From Myxococcales bacterium (GTDB lineage Bacteria; Myxococcota; Kuafuiibacteriia; Kuafuiibacteriales; Kuafuiibacteriaceae), in contig JAHQVK010000170.1 in assembly GCA_019634385.1 (NCBI GenBank), positions 3,040 through 67,039 of the forward strand: DNA of 64,000 bases, given 5' to 3'. Shown one piece after another: positions 31,765-41,178 of the stretch. The translations under genes and the position numbers were made by a program. Position 1 is the stretch's first letter, and each line of letters begins with the position of its first letter. The notes beneath the pieces were generated by a model. That model searched no databases. It was given only the letters and a program-made list of their open reading frames with translations, and was not told where the DNA came from.

Positions 31765-32013
31765 TACATATTCCCATCTTTTCGGATGTCTTCAGGTGGG
31801 AGGAGCGTCTCCACCGCCAATCTCTTCACCAGAAGGGTAACGTCGTCAAAGAAAGCACGTCCGGCGAAATATACCATGTCGTATCCTCGTTGTTGCTTTT
31901 TTTGCGGTATAGCCCCAACCATTAGAACTAGCCAAAGATTAACACAGGAGCAGGTGTAAGGGAGCAGAATCTATTGGAAATACCGATGTATTACCCACGG
32001 GTAATTGGGCGCT

Positions 32014-32673
32014 CTACGCGTTTGGGTTATTTCGGTCGAGCAAATCAATGAGGGCACCAGCAACCGATCGCCTATGGGGGTCAATAACCTCATTAACTTG
32101 TTGGTTGTCGAGCCGTTCAAATAGCGTATTCACATTTTGCTCAAGCTTAAGGTTTACTTCGTGTTCGAACAACGGAACGACGGCCAGCATATGAGCTTGA
32201 TGTTTGGCTATAGTTGTTATGGTTTGTGCCTCTGGCGGGAGGGACAATGGTGGTGCGATGAGTGCGCAGCAAAGTTGGGTGCTGGAATCATACGGCTGCA
32301 TGGGCTCTCCATGAGGTACCGTGTGACCAACGCCTAGCCAAGCGGCATATTTTTGTGGAAAGAGGGCCAAACTGGCCAAAAGCCTAGCGGGCCAGGTGTG
32401 CTGTTGCTCAGAAGACGCGACTGACCAATCCGCGGGCAAGCCAAGCATGAGCTCGATACGTTGGGGTCTTTCGGGCTCGTCTTCAGGCACGGGCATTGGG
32501 GTTGCTGACATGCCTGCGGTGCATAAGACCTGAAATGGCTTGTACTGAGTCGCGGGTACATGAAGCACAGCCACGCGGGTGACAGGAGCAGGCAGTTCAA
32601 TAATCCCGTGAATAGGCCCTATCTGTTGAGTAACGTGCTCAGCGATCCGTTCCTGTTCAGCGTTGAGTTGCAC
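32014..32673 (-). CDS. suppressor-of-fused (SUFU-like) domain protein
   Basis: TAGMS..PM, RIELMLGLP.DW, GHTV and VPL..E motifs; start placed at GTG 32673. Confidence 0.8.
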   Translation of the reverse strand: MQLNAEQERIAEHVTQQIGPIHGIIELPAPVTRVAVLHVPATQYKPFQVLCTAGMSATPMPVPEDEPERPQRIELMLGLPADWSVASSEQQHTWPARLLASLALFPQKYAAWLGVGHTVPHGEPMQPYDSSTQLCCALIAPPLSLPPEAQTITTIAKHQAHMLAVVPLFEHEVNLKLEQNVNTLFERLDNQQVNEVIDPHRRSVAGALIDLLDRNNPNA

Positions 32674-32697
32674 GGGAGAAGTGTAGCAGGTTGATGC

Positions 32698-33357
32698 GTG
32701 GATACCGATGAAGAGGGTCCCAAGGAGAGATGGATCCATGAATATACCCGCATTGAGTCACCGTTGTTGGTACCTGAACTGCGATTGCATCTCGCTACGG
32801 AGACCTCTTGCTTGTGGCGAGCGACGGATGACGATCTGCGTCGATGGGGTATTGAGGATCCATTTTGGGCGTTTGCGTGGCCAGGTGGTCAAGCGATGGC
32901 GCGGTTTGTTCTCGATCAGCGGGTATGGTTTGAGGGACGTGCAGTACTAGATTATGGAACGGGAAGTGGTATTGCCGCATTGGCTGCAGCCAAAAGTGGG
33001 GCCCGAAGTGTACGGGCTCTGGATCACGACCCGTGGTCTAAGGTCGCGGTGCAATTAAATGCACGGCTGAATGACGTGAATATTTTTCCCGAGATCGGCG
33101 AAATATCTTACGATAAGCCTATTCTTGAGGACACAGTACTCCTTGCCGACATGACCTATGACGCGGTCACAACCGCTAACATTGTCCAGTGGGTCCGGAC
33201 TCTTCAGACTCGAAAGGTGACTGTGTGGATCGCGGACCCTGGAAGAGGGTATATCTCAGAGGATCTGTTTCCTCGAGTAGCTACGTATTCTGCACCAGCT
33301 GACATTGATGTTAATGGTGCCTATATGGTACGTACACATATATATCGTGTCTGCTGA
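32698..33357 (+). CDS. class I SAM methyltransferase, ETF-beta lysine methyltransferase (METTL20)-like
   Basis: PELRLHLA, PFWAFAWPGGQAMAR, VLDYGTGSG, ADMTY and ADPGRGY motifs. Confidence 0.82.
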   Translation: MDTDEEGPKERWIHEYTRIESPLLVPELRLHLATETSCLWRATDDDLRRWGIEDPFWAFAWPGGQAMARFVLDQRVWFEGRAVLDYGTGSGIAALAAAKSGARSVRALDHDPWSKVAVQLNARLNDVNIFPEIGEISYDKPILEDTVLLADMTYDAVTTANIVQWVRTLQTRKVTVWIADPGRGYISEDLFPRVATYSAPADIDVNGAYMVRTHIYRVC

Positions 33358-33419
33358 CCGCCTTGTGACGGTGGGATGTTCTTGAGTTCTCTAGCAGCCC
33401 ATTGATTTGGATCAGTATG

Positions 33420-33522
33420 TACAGCAGAAGTTTCGATGTTAGAACTGTGCCTCAGCTCGCGGTTGACGTAACTGCTTGAATATAAGTCTGAGGGTAGTAT
33501 TCCTATCGAAAGTCTTGCTGGA
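33420..33522. mobile_element. MITE-like family C
   Basis: Imperfect terminal inverted repeat TACAGCAGAAGTTTCGAT / ATCGAAAGTCTTGCTGGA; ends related to family B. Confidence 0.5.
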
Positions 33523-33539
33523 GAGAGTTCAAACCAGAG

Positions 33540-33652
33540 TACAGCAAAGACCACTTGAATTGATTCTGTAAGAATCAACAAGGGGTCGCGCAGCGGGCTA
33601 TGCCCCGCGTAGAAGCAGGAGCTTGGGTTCAATCCAAGTCATTTCTGCTGTA
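33540..33652. mobile_element. MITE-like family B, full copy (113 bp, TA ends)
   Basis: TACAGCAAAGACCACTTGAATTGA / TCAATCCAAGTCATTTCTGCTGTA imperfect inverted repeat; second copy at 12961. Confidence 0.75.
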
Positions 33653-33720
33653 TTCAACAGATGAAAGGGACGAAACTGGGTAGAGATGTTCCACCGAAAG
33701 ACCGCCCGAAGAATACTTTT

Positions 33721-34506
33721 TCAGCTAGATGAGCGATCTGCTAGGTACCGGTTGTCGGGGTAACTATGTGTCCAAAGTTTTGTTTTTAGATTGGATGCGA
33801 GGTCATACAGCTCACTCAGAGATGGAAGAATATAGTATGTGGTTTGAAGCTCGCTGATTAGATAGTCTCGGTTGATGATCTCCTCGAGATCAAATAGGCG
33901 CTGCTTTGTTGGGTCCAACTCAAGACAGCTTAAGCTTTCCTTGGTTGATGATGCGATACCTGCACCATACAGACGTAGACCATCAGGAGTGTGGGTTAAA
34001 CCGAACTCGATTGTGAACCAAAAGATGCGATGTATTGGTTCAAAGTATGCTGGTCCCAGATCGAGGGCCACCCGACCAAAATTCTCAACGGCGTCTGCAT
34101 ACTCCGGGATGGTGAGTAATGGGCAGTGGCCATATATCTCATGAAAAATATCTGGTTCGGGTAGATAGTCTATCTCCTCTCTCTTGCGAACGAAGGTGGC
34201 TACGGGGAATTTTCGATTTGCTAGGAGGTAGAAGAAGGCCTCATCAGAGATCATTGCCTCGACAGGTTCTACGCCAAACCCGGTGAGCTCGTTGAGTCGG
34301 GCGTTTACATCATCAACTTGAGGCACTCGATCCAGGGGAAGTTGTAGTGCCTCCAAACCCCGCAGAAACTCGGGTGCAGCCCTACCGAAGAGCACCTGCT
34401 GTTGTCGCTCAATGAGATCTTCCCAGACGCTATTCTCCGCAGATGTATATGAGAAGTATCCATGATGGTCAGCCGTTTTTGACTCATACCCGCTGGAGAA
34501 GAGCAT
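33721..34506 (-). CDS. phhA: phenylalanine 4-monooxygenase
   Basis: YLPEPDIFHEIYGHCP, FWFTIEFGL and YGAGIASS motifs. Confidence 0.95.
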   Translation of the reverse strand: MLFSSGYESKTADHHGYFSYTSAENSVWEDLIERQQQVLFGRAAPEFLRGLEALQLPLDRVPQVDDVNARLNELTGFGVEPVEAMISDEAFFYLLANRKFPVATFVRKREEIDYLPEPDIFHEIYGHCPLLTIPEYADAVENFGRVALDLGPAYFEPIHRIFWFTIEFGLTHTPDGLRLYGAGIASSTKESLSCLELDPTKQRLFDLEEIINRDYLISELQTTYYILPSLSELYDLASNLKTKLWTHSYPDNRYLADRSSS

Positions 34507-34596
34507 GAGCTTATACTAACGAGGGATGAAGGGAATTATTGCCCTTTTTGAGGGGAAAATGGCTGTTTGTTTGGAGAAATGTTCTAAATTATCCGT

Positions 34597-35073
34597 GTGG
34601 AAGGAAATAAATCAGTCGCTCTAGATGAGAAAGACCGAGCGATACTTCGGGAGCTTCAGCTGGACGCGAGCATCTCCATGGCTGAGCTAGCGGATCGAGT
34701 AGGTCTCTCTTCATCCCCTTGTTGGCGGCGAGTGAAACGTCTGGAGGACGAAGGGGTTGTCTATGGGCGGGTGGCGCTGGTGAACCCTGCTTGCCTCGGA
34801 CTTGCCATTACCGCCTTTGCGATGGTTTCCCTAGATCGGCACGTTGAGGAGGAGATCACCGCATTTCATTCCGCGGTCCAGAAGGCTCCGGAAGTGATCT
34901 CAGCCCATGCCGTAACCGGTAGCGTAGATTTTATCCTGACCGTGCTGGTCCCCGATATGAGCGCCTATGAGTATTTTCTACGCCGGCACTTATTGAATCT
35001 CACTATGGTACGGTCGGTAAATACGAGTTTTGCTCTACGCACTATCAAAGCGTCTGCGCCGGTTCCATTGTAG
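34597..35073 (+). CDS. Lrp/AsnC family regulator, divergent from phhA
   Basis: LDEKDRAIL..LQ.DA, VGLSSSPCWRRVKRLE. Confidence 0.93.
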   Translation: MEGNKSVALDEKDRAILRELQLDASISMAELADRVGLSSSPCWRRVKRLEDEGVVYGRVALVNPACLGLAITAFAMVSLDRHVEEEITAFHSAVQKAPEVISAHAVTGSVDFILTVLVPDMSAYEYFLRRHLLNLTMVRSVNTSFALRTIKASAPVPL

Positions 35074-35096
35074 ACCGTCAATGGGCGGACCGGCCT

Positions 35097-36662
35097 CTAC
35101 TCCCATTCGATGGTTGATGGAGGCTTTGAGCTAATATCGTACACTACTCTATTGATACCTCGGACTTCGTTGATAATGCGATTGGCGACGCGTGCGAGAG
35201 TATCGTGAGGGAACCGAAACCAATCGGCGGTCATGCCGTCCACACTGGTGACAGCACGTAGCGCGCAGGTAGCTTCATAAGTGCGTGCGTCCCCCATCAC
35301 CCCCACCGACTTTACGGGCAGGAGCGCAGCGTATGCCTGCCATATGGAGTCGTAGAGACCCGCTTCCCTGATTTCCTCTATGTAGATGCTATCTGCTTGC
35401 CGGAGGATGTGGAGGCGTTCTTCAGTGATTTCGCCTACGATCCGTATTGCTAAGCCTGGTCCGGGAAATGGGTGGCGACCTACAACCTCATCCGGCAGGC
35501 CTAGCTCTTTGCCTAGGACTCGAACTTCATCTTTGAATAGTTCTCGGCATGGTTCAAGCAGTTTCAGATGCATGCGTTCTGGTAAGCCACCAACGTTGTG
35601 GTGGCTCTTAATGGTTGCGCTGGGTCCTCTGAATGACACGGATTCGATCACATCTGGATAGAGCGTGCCTTGAGCCAACCAACGAGCGGTTGGACCGGCG
35701 TCTTTGGCCGCTCTTTCGAAGACTTCAACAAAGACTCTGCCAATGATTTTCCGCTTTTGTTCGGGGTTGGTAATCCCGTCCAAGGCGCTGAGAAATGCGG
35801 AAGAAGCGTCGATGTACCGAAGATTGGTCATCCCCAGTCGATCGCGAAATAGCGTCTGAACTTGTTCCGCTTCCTGTGCTCGCAGTAGGCCGTTATTGAC
35901 GAATACCGGAACTAGCTGAGGGCCGATCGCGCGGTGTATCAGGGTTGCGACAACAGAGGAATCCACCCCTCCAGAGAGACCACAAATGACTGTATCTTCT
36001 CCGATGTGTTGGCGTATACGTTCGACCTCTCGATCGATAAACGAACCCATGGTCCAACGCGGTTGAAGGCCTGCAATCCTAAATAAGAAGTTCGCTAGTA
36101 CTTGAACCCCGGGGTGGCTGTGTACCACCTCCGGATGAAATTGAAGGCCATAGAGTTGTCGCTGAGCGTCAGCAACAACTGCAAACGGGCAGGTCTCGCT
36201 TTTTGCTTGGACCGTGAAGCCTTCAGGTAAGCTTTCAACACTGTCCCCATGGCTCATCCAGACAGATAGGTCGCTCGTTGCATCGATGCCGATGAACAGA
36301 TCGCCTCCGTCGCCGAAGAGGGTTAAGTGTGCTCGACCATACTCCTGGTGCTCAACCCTGCGGACTGTACCGCCTAGGGAGTGGGTCATTAGCTGCATGC
36401 CGTAGCAGATGCCAAGAATGGGTACTCCGAGAGCGAAGAGTTCAGTATTAACTAAGGGGGCTCCCTCTTCATGAACACTACGCGGGCCCCCGGACAATAT
36501 GAGTGCTTTAGGTTTGAAGGATTTAATCTTCTCCAAAGGGGTGGTACACGGCCAAATCTCCGAATACACCCGTTGCTCACGGACCCGTCTGGCTATCAGT
36601 TGGGTGTACTGCGACCCGAAATCAAGAACAAGCACTCGGTCGAGGCTCTCCATATGCGTCAC
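35097..36662 (-). CDS. guaA: GMP synthase (glutamine-hydrolysing)
   Basis: DFGSQY, GICYGMQ, QFHPE, SGGVDS and KPPSTIEWE motifs. Confidence 0.98.
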   Translation of the reverse strand: MTHMESLDRVLVLDFGSQYTQLIARRVREQRVYSEIWPCTTPLEKIKSFKPKALILSGGPRSVHEEGAPLVNTELFALGVPILGICYGMQLMTHSLGGTVRRVEHQEYGRAHLTLFGDGGDLFIGIDATSDLSVWMSHGDSVESLPEGFTVQAKSETCPFAVVADAQRQLYGLQFHPEVVHSHPGVQVLANFLFRIAGLQPRWTMGSFIDREVERIRQHIGEDTVICGLSGGVDSSVVATLIHRAIGPQLVPVFVNNGLLRAQEAEQVQTLFRDRLGMTNLRYIDASSAFLSALDGITNPEQKRKIIGRVFVEVFERAAKDAGPTARWLAQGTLYPDVIESVSFRGPSATIKSHHNVGGLPERMHLKLLEPCRELFKDEVRVLGKELGLPDEVVGRHPFPGPGLAIRIVGEITEERLHILRQADSIYIEEIREAGLYDSIWQAYAALLPVKSVGVMGDARTYEATCALRAVTSVDGMTADWFRFPHDTLARVANRIINEVRGINRVVYDISSKPPSTIEWE

Positions 36663-36867
36663 CCCAACCGGCTACCATCGAGTTGATTCACCTCGCTAGC
36701 GCTAGATGGGAGTCAATGGGGGGTGCATCTGAGACCATCGGCGCAAAATGAAGGTGTTCCCCGGTATTTGTGGGCGATAAACTCGCGCTTTTAGGCTTCT
36801 TATGGTGAGCGTCTGCCTTTGAGGGCCGGTCAACATTGACCCTTGCGGTCCGTCAGGCGATTTCGCA

Positions 36868-37758
36868 GTGGTGGGTGTGGGAAACGACTGCAGACTCGTC
36901 GTTGGTTGCCTGTTTGCTGCCATTGGCGGGGCCTGCCAGAGCGGTGCTGTCTCCGCGGGAGCTACTGCGAGCTCAGTAGCTCAAGTAGCTGATCCTTGTT
37001 CAACTTCTTCATGGGATGACACTGCTTGCCCAGATCAGCGCACCCGGTTGCTTGCCTCACTGGAACTCCCACTCGGTGATAACCCTGTGGCCAAGTGGCC
37101 TCAGGCTCTAAGGAAAAAGCCGCGAATACTCATTCTCGGGGATAGCTTTGTGGCGACGGATTTTGGGTTAGCCCTTCAGCGCTTGTTGAATAAGGAATTT
37201 GCGGTGGATGCTCGTCGACGTGGTCGGAGCTCAACTGGTTTAGCCCGGCCAGACTACTTTGACTGGATGTCTGAGGGGACTCGCCAGGTACGCCGGCACC
37301 GGCCAGACATGGTGATTGTCATTCTCGGAGGCAATGACGGACAAGATTTGATTATGGAGTCGGCGGTCAAAAAAGGGCGGATTCGCTGGCGAAGCCGCCA
37401 GTGGGAGGGCGCTTACGCGAAGCGGGTACAAGAGTTTATTGATACTCTTACTAAAGGGCAATTTCGTCGCTTGCTGTGGGTGGGACTACCGACGATGGCA
37501 TTGCCGAGTCTGGAACGGAAACTCGAGACCATTCGGGCGATTCAGAAACGGGTGGTCAATGCTCATCCGCGAGGCAGCTACGTCGATACTGGCTCTTGGT
37601 TCCACGACCGGTTTGGTCGTCCTCGAGAATCGGTGACGCTACGTAAGCGAGAGTTACCTCTACGTCAGGAAGATGGCGTTCATTTCAGCCGACCCGGCGC
37701 TATTTGGTTTGCTCAGCGAATTGCACCGGTCATCGCGGTTAGTCTGGCTGATGGCTGA
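36868..37758 (+). CDS. SGNH/GDSL hydrolase (DUF459-like), probably a lipoprotein
   Basis: GDS, STGLARPDYFDW, GGND and DGVHF motifs. Confidence 0.85.
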   Translation: MVGVGNDCRLVVGCLFAAIGGACQSGAVSAGATASSVAQVADPCSTSSWDDTACPDQRTRLLASLELPLGDNPVAKWPQALRKKPRILILGDSFVATDFGLALQRLLNKEFAVDARRRGRSSTGLARPDYFDWMSEGTRQVRRHRPDMVIVILGGNDGQDLIMESAVKKGRIRWRSRQWEGAYAKRVQEFIDTLTKGQFRRLLWVGLPTMALPSLERKLETIRAIQKRVVNAHPRGSYVDTGSWFHDRFGRPRESVTLRKRELPLRQEDGVHFSRPGAIWFAQRIAPVIAVSLADG

Positions 37759-37769
37759 ATAATGGCGTG

Positions 37770-38144
37770 TTATTGAGTACGAGCGACGGCGAGAGCAAAC
37801 CAGAGCCAACTCGTGACCAACAAGAGTCCCCCCAGTGGGGTTATTGGACCGAGCCATCGCCAGGAAGTGAGGGTCAGTCCATAAAGGCTGCCGGAAAAGA
37901 GTACGATACCAATCAGCATAAGCCACAGAGGGCCGCTTACCGGCACTTGAGGACGAAGCCATCCCACCAATGACAGCAACCCCAGACCAAGTGCATGGTA
38001 CATCTGATAACGAACGCTAACCTCAAAGGCATTGAGGCTTTGGGCATCGAGTTTGTCCTTCAGTCCATGTGCGCCGAATGCACCCGCAGCTACTGCGATA
38101 CCTGCGAATACAGCACTAAGGACGAGACCCCACCTAGGTGACAC
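37770..38144 (-). CDS. DUF423 family membrane protein
   Basis: GAFGAHGL, RYQMYH, FSGSLY and GPITPLGG motifs. Confidence 0.92.
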   Translation of the reverse strand: MSPRWGLVLSAVFAGIAVAAGAFGAHGLKDKLDAQSLNAFEVSVRYQMYHALGLGLLSLVGWLRPQVPVSGPLWLMLIGIVLFSGSLYGLTLTSWRWLGPITPLGGLLLVTSWLWFALAVARTQ

Positions 38145-38238
38145 ACTGGTCTGCTGACAGTTTGTTGGGAAATCCGCAAGCGTTCCTTGCCTTAGTAGAG
38201 AAAGGCTGAGCGAGACCGGGCAAGGGTGCGGAAACGGC

Positions 38239-39141
38239 TTAATCCTCGGTAATGGAAACTTGGGGCTTCAGCCGAAGCTCATAGGGCCGTTCAGCATCTT
38301 CTGGGAGTGGTCCCACTAAAAAGCGCCATGCCCCATCCTCGAATGTGAGTTCAAGTTCTCCTACTGGGCGCTGAAGGTACTGCCATATCACTGCAGTGAA
38401 CCAACGATCGAAGGGAACAGTGAGCTCGGTGTCTAATCCTCCGAGGCGTAGACCGATAGGAAGCATGATGTCCACAACCTCATATTCTTGAAGGGTTAAT
38501 TGTAGTGTCTTGACTTGGTTTTCTTCGAGATTAACCGCGCCTCGGATCAGGCGACCATGTGGTGAGCTGGTAGCGCTTGTGTCCGAAACGGAGGACGTCT
38601 GAGAAAATTCCGCACCCAAGGATGGAGACGGAGGCACAAGAAGACTCTCAGGACTCTTTGAAAGCTCCGCGCTAATCTCTACCGAAGCCCCATCGAGGTG
38701 TACCGAAGGCCCGATGCGTACAAATAGTGCGGCGTCTTTACCGGCTACGAGAGGTAGGGAAAGTTCCAGGCCGGAAGCAACATCTGACTGGTTGTCCCAG
38801 GTTATGACTTGCGGATGGGTAAGTAGCTCAACGCCACCAGCAGGAATTTTAGGATCCTCACCTACTAGACGAACTTCATGAAGGCTTACAGCCAGGTGGG
38901 CTATCGTGAGTTGATTGAGCTCGTTGTCGTCCAGAGTGTTGCTATGAGTCAGAGACGGAACAAGATTCAGTTTTTGCGGGATGTTCCTACCTGGGGAGGG
39001 GCCCGGGTCCTCGTTGGGTGTTTCGCCCGATACGCCACCACAAGCCAGTATCAGTGAGAAAAACAGTCCCAAAATTGAAGCTTGTACGACCATTTTGAGC
39101 CTCAACACGGCGGTGAAGTGAATATGTCCATCCCTCGCCAC
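38239..39141 (-). CDS. hypothetical lipoprotein
   Basis: ILAC lipobox after a hydrophobic stretch; start uncertain. Confidence 0.6.
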   Translation of the reverse strand: MARDGHIHFTAVLRLKMVVQASILGLFFSLILACGGVSGETPNEDPGPSPGRNIPQKLNLVPSLTHSNTLDDNELNQLTIAHLAVSLHEVRLVGEDPKIPAGGVELLTHPQVITWDNQSDVASGLELSLPLVAGKDAALFVRIGPSVHLDGASVEISAELSKSPESLLVPPSPSLGAEFSQTSSVSDTSATSSPHGRLIRGAVNLEENQVKTLQLTLQEYEVVDIMLPIGLRLGGLDTELTVPFDRWFTAVIWQYLQRPVGELELTFEDGAWRFLVGPLPEDAERPYELRLKPQVSITED

Positions 39142-39405
39142 CTGTAGACTATTGTCGAGTATTTATGCCGGTTGGGCAAATGATTCTGGAGGGATCGTGG
39201 TGGCGCACACATGCCTTAGGTTCGGTCTCATTGTCTTCAGTTCATTACCTTTTGTGGTAGCGATTGCGTGGGAGCTATGTCGTGGGAAGACTGGAGTGAA
39301 ACGTGGATGCAATAGCATCTTGTGCCTACATTAAATGCCTGGTTACTGAGCGGCAAAAAACTAGATCATCCTAATGTGGTCTAGATTATGGCTATGTGAT
39401 CTTGG

Positions 39406-40374
39406 TTATGGGAATGACGCACCAGGCTTGAGATGCCGCCCGCTCCCGCGGAGGTAGTCTTCCGCGGAAACCGCTTTTCGCCCCGGCGCTTGTAAAGCAT
39501 CGATCTCTAGCCGGCCGAAGGTGGTTTGAATCTGTAGGGGGTTTAGACAATGCACGTGCCCCACTTTACCAACCGGTCCATCGCCATCAGGTACATCACG
39601 GCCGGAAAGGATTTTTAAGGGGCCTGTAGGCGTTGGAATAAAGGTTCCTGGCCAGGGAGATAGGCCACGGATACGCGCAGCAAGAAGAGCGGCCGGTTGG
39701 TCAAACTGGAGGCTACCATCTGACTTTTGGATCAGGGGGGCGTAGGTGGCCGCTTGATGATCCTGTTCGGCTATCTCTAAACCGGTGGTTTTGGCCAGTT
39801 GGATGCCTTCGATCAGGGTGTGAGCACCCATGTTAGCAAGACGTTCCATGAGTTGGCCCGTCGTTTCATCCGGACCAATTTCCGTGGTGTTCGAGAGGAG
39901 CATCGGGCCTTCGTCTAGGCCGGCTCGGAGCTGCATGATGGTGACTCCGGTATACTTCTCCTGGTTCAGGATCGCGTGTTGTATCGGTGACGCTCCCCGG
40001 TACTTTGGCAGTAGGGACGCATGGACATTCCACGTGTCCAGCTTTGGAGCGTTAAAAATGTCTGGGGGTAAGATGCGCCCGTAAGCCACGACTACGGCAA
40101 GGTCGATACCATCTACGGTCAGTTGTTGGGCTACCGCCCCGTCTTTGAGTTTCAGCGGTTGAGAAACTGGAATGCCCGCTGATTCCGCAAGCTGTTTGAC
40201 CGGAGGCGAACCAACTTTTTTCCCCCGTCCTTTTGGTCGATCGGGCTGACAGTATACTCTGACGAGTGTGTCTACCGAGTGGCTGATAAGCCGCTCCAGC
40301 ACAACGCGGGCAATATCCGGAGTTCCAAAAAACGCAATACGCAGGGATTTTTTGGGGAATCTTAGGGTGTTCAG
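39406..40374 (-). CDS. fmt: methionyl-tRNA formyltransferase
   Basis: QPDRPKGRG, VAYGRIL and NVHASLLPKYRGASPI motifs; conserved N-terminus LRIAFFGTPD lies in frame upstream of the ORF-track GTG 40302; proposed start CTG 40374. Confidence 0.93.
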   Translation of the reverse strand: MNTLRFPKKSLRIAFFGTPDIARVVLERLISHSVDTLVRVYCQPDRPKGRGKKVGSPPVKQLAESAGIPVSQPLKLKDGAVAQQLTVDGIDLAVVVAYGRILPPDIFNAPKLDTWNVHASLLPKYRGASPIQHAILNQEKYTGVTIMQLRAGLDEGPMLLSNTTEIGPDETTGQLMERLANMGAHTLIEGIQLAKTTGLEIAEQDHQAATYAPLIQKSDGSLQFDQPAALLAARIRGLSPWPGTFIPTPTGPLKILSGRDVPDGDGPVGKVGHVHCLNPLQIQTTFGRLEIDALQAPGRKAVSAEDYLRGSGRHLKPGASFP

Positions 40375-40907
40375 GCTGGGGCCTCCACAGATTTTCTCTT
40401 TAGGCGCTTTTTGACCATGGTCTGCTTGAGCCGAGAGAGTCTATCTACAAACAAGGTGCCTTCGAGATGGTCAATCTCGTGTTGTAAACAGACGGCCAGT
40501 AATTGTTCGGCCTCAATGCTTAAGGGTTCCCCTTCGCGATTGAGACCGGTGACAATCACTCGGGCTGAACGCTCTACCTCGTCAGTGTACCCAGGGACGG
40601 AAAGACAGCCTTCCTGCCAGGCAACGCACCCTTCAGAAGATTCCACCACGGGATTAACAACGGCGATGGGCTGAACTGGGGGTAATGGCGCGATGCCTTC
40701 GGAGCCGGAGCGATCTCCGCAATCCAGTACAATCACCCGTTTGAGTACCCCCACTTGGGGGGCAGCGAGTCCCACGCCCTCAGCCTGATACATGGTCTCG
40801 AACATGTCGTCGATAAGGCGTCGTACCGAATCGTCGACGGAGGCTACCGTTTCCGCTCGATTTTTCAGGCGCGGGTCGGGGTAGGTCAGTATGTCTAGCA
40901 GCGCCAT
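40371..40907 (-). CDS. def: peptide deformylase
   Basis: GVGLAAPQ, EGCLS and QHEIDHL motifs. Confidence 0.97.
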   Translation of the reverse strand: MALLDILTYPDPRLKNRAETVASVDDSVRRLIDDMFETMYQAEGVGLAAPQVGVLKRVIVLDCGDRSGSEGIAPLPPVQPIAVVNPVVESSEGCVAWQEGCLSVPGYTDEVERSARVIVTGLNREGEPLSIEAEQLLAVCLQHEIDHLEGTLFVDRLSRLKQTMVKKRLKRKSVEAPA

Positions 40908-41062
40908 GTTAATGCCCTAGAATAGCACCAATGCGCCAAGCGGCAACTAGGAAGCGCGCTGATAGCAGTTGTCATTCCAAAATTTTTTTCAGTAACCGTC
41001 ACATTCGGCTCAGTCGTCCCAAAAATCTCTAGAGCTACAACCGTCACTGCCTTCCATTCGGC

Positions 41063-41110
41063 CTAAGGCCTGTCTTTAAACTCCGGACCGCGTGCTGACT
41101 TGTTTCCTAG
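41063..41110 (+). mobile_element. MITE family A left-end fragment
   Basis: CTAAGGCCTGTCTTTAAACTCCGGACCGCGTGCTGACTTGTTTCC. Confidence 0.7.
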
Positions 41111-41178
41111 TCTTCCTCTTTAAGCTGACATTTAGCTTTTTGCGGCCGTTTGTTTCCAGTGCAGATATTCTGCTCCGT

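Noticed and set aside
31806-31825. GTCTCCACCGCCA similarity to the family A right arm
   Set aside because: Too short and no terminal inverted repeat follows; likely chance
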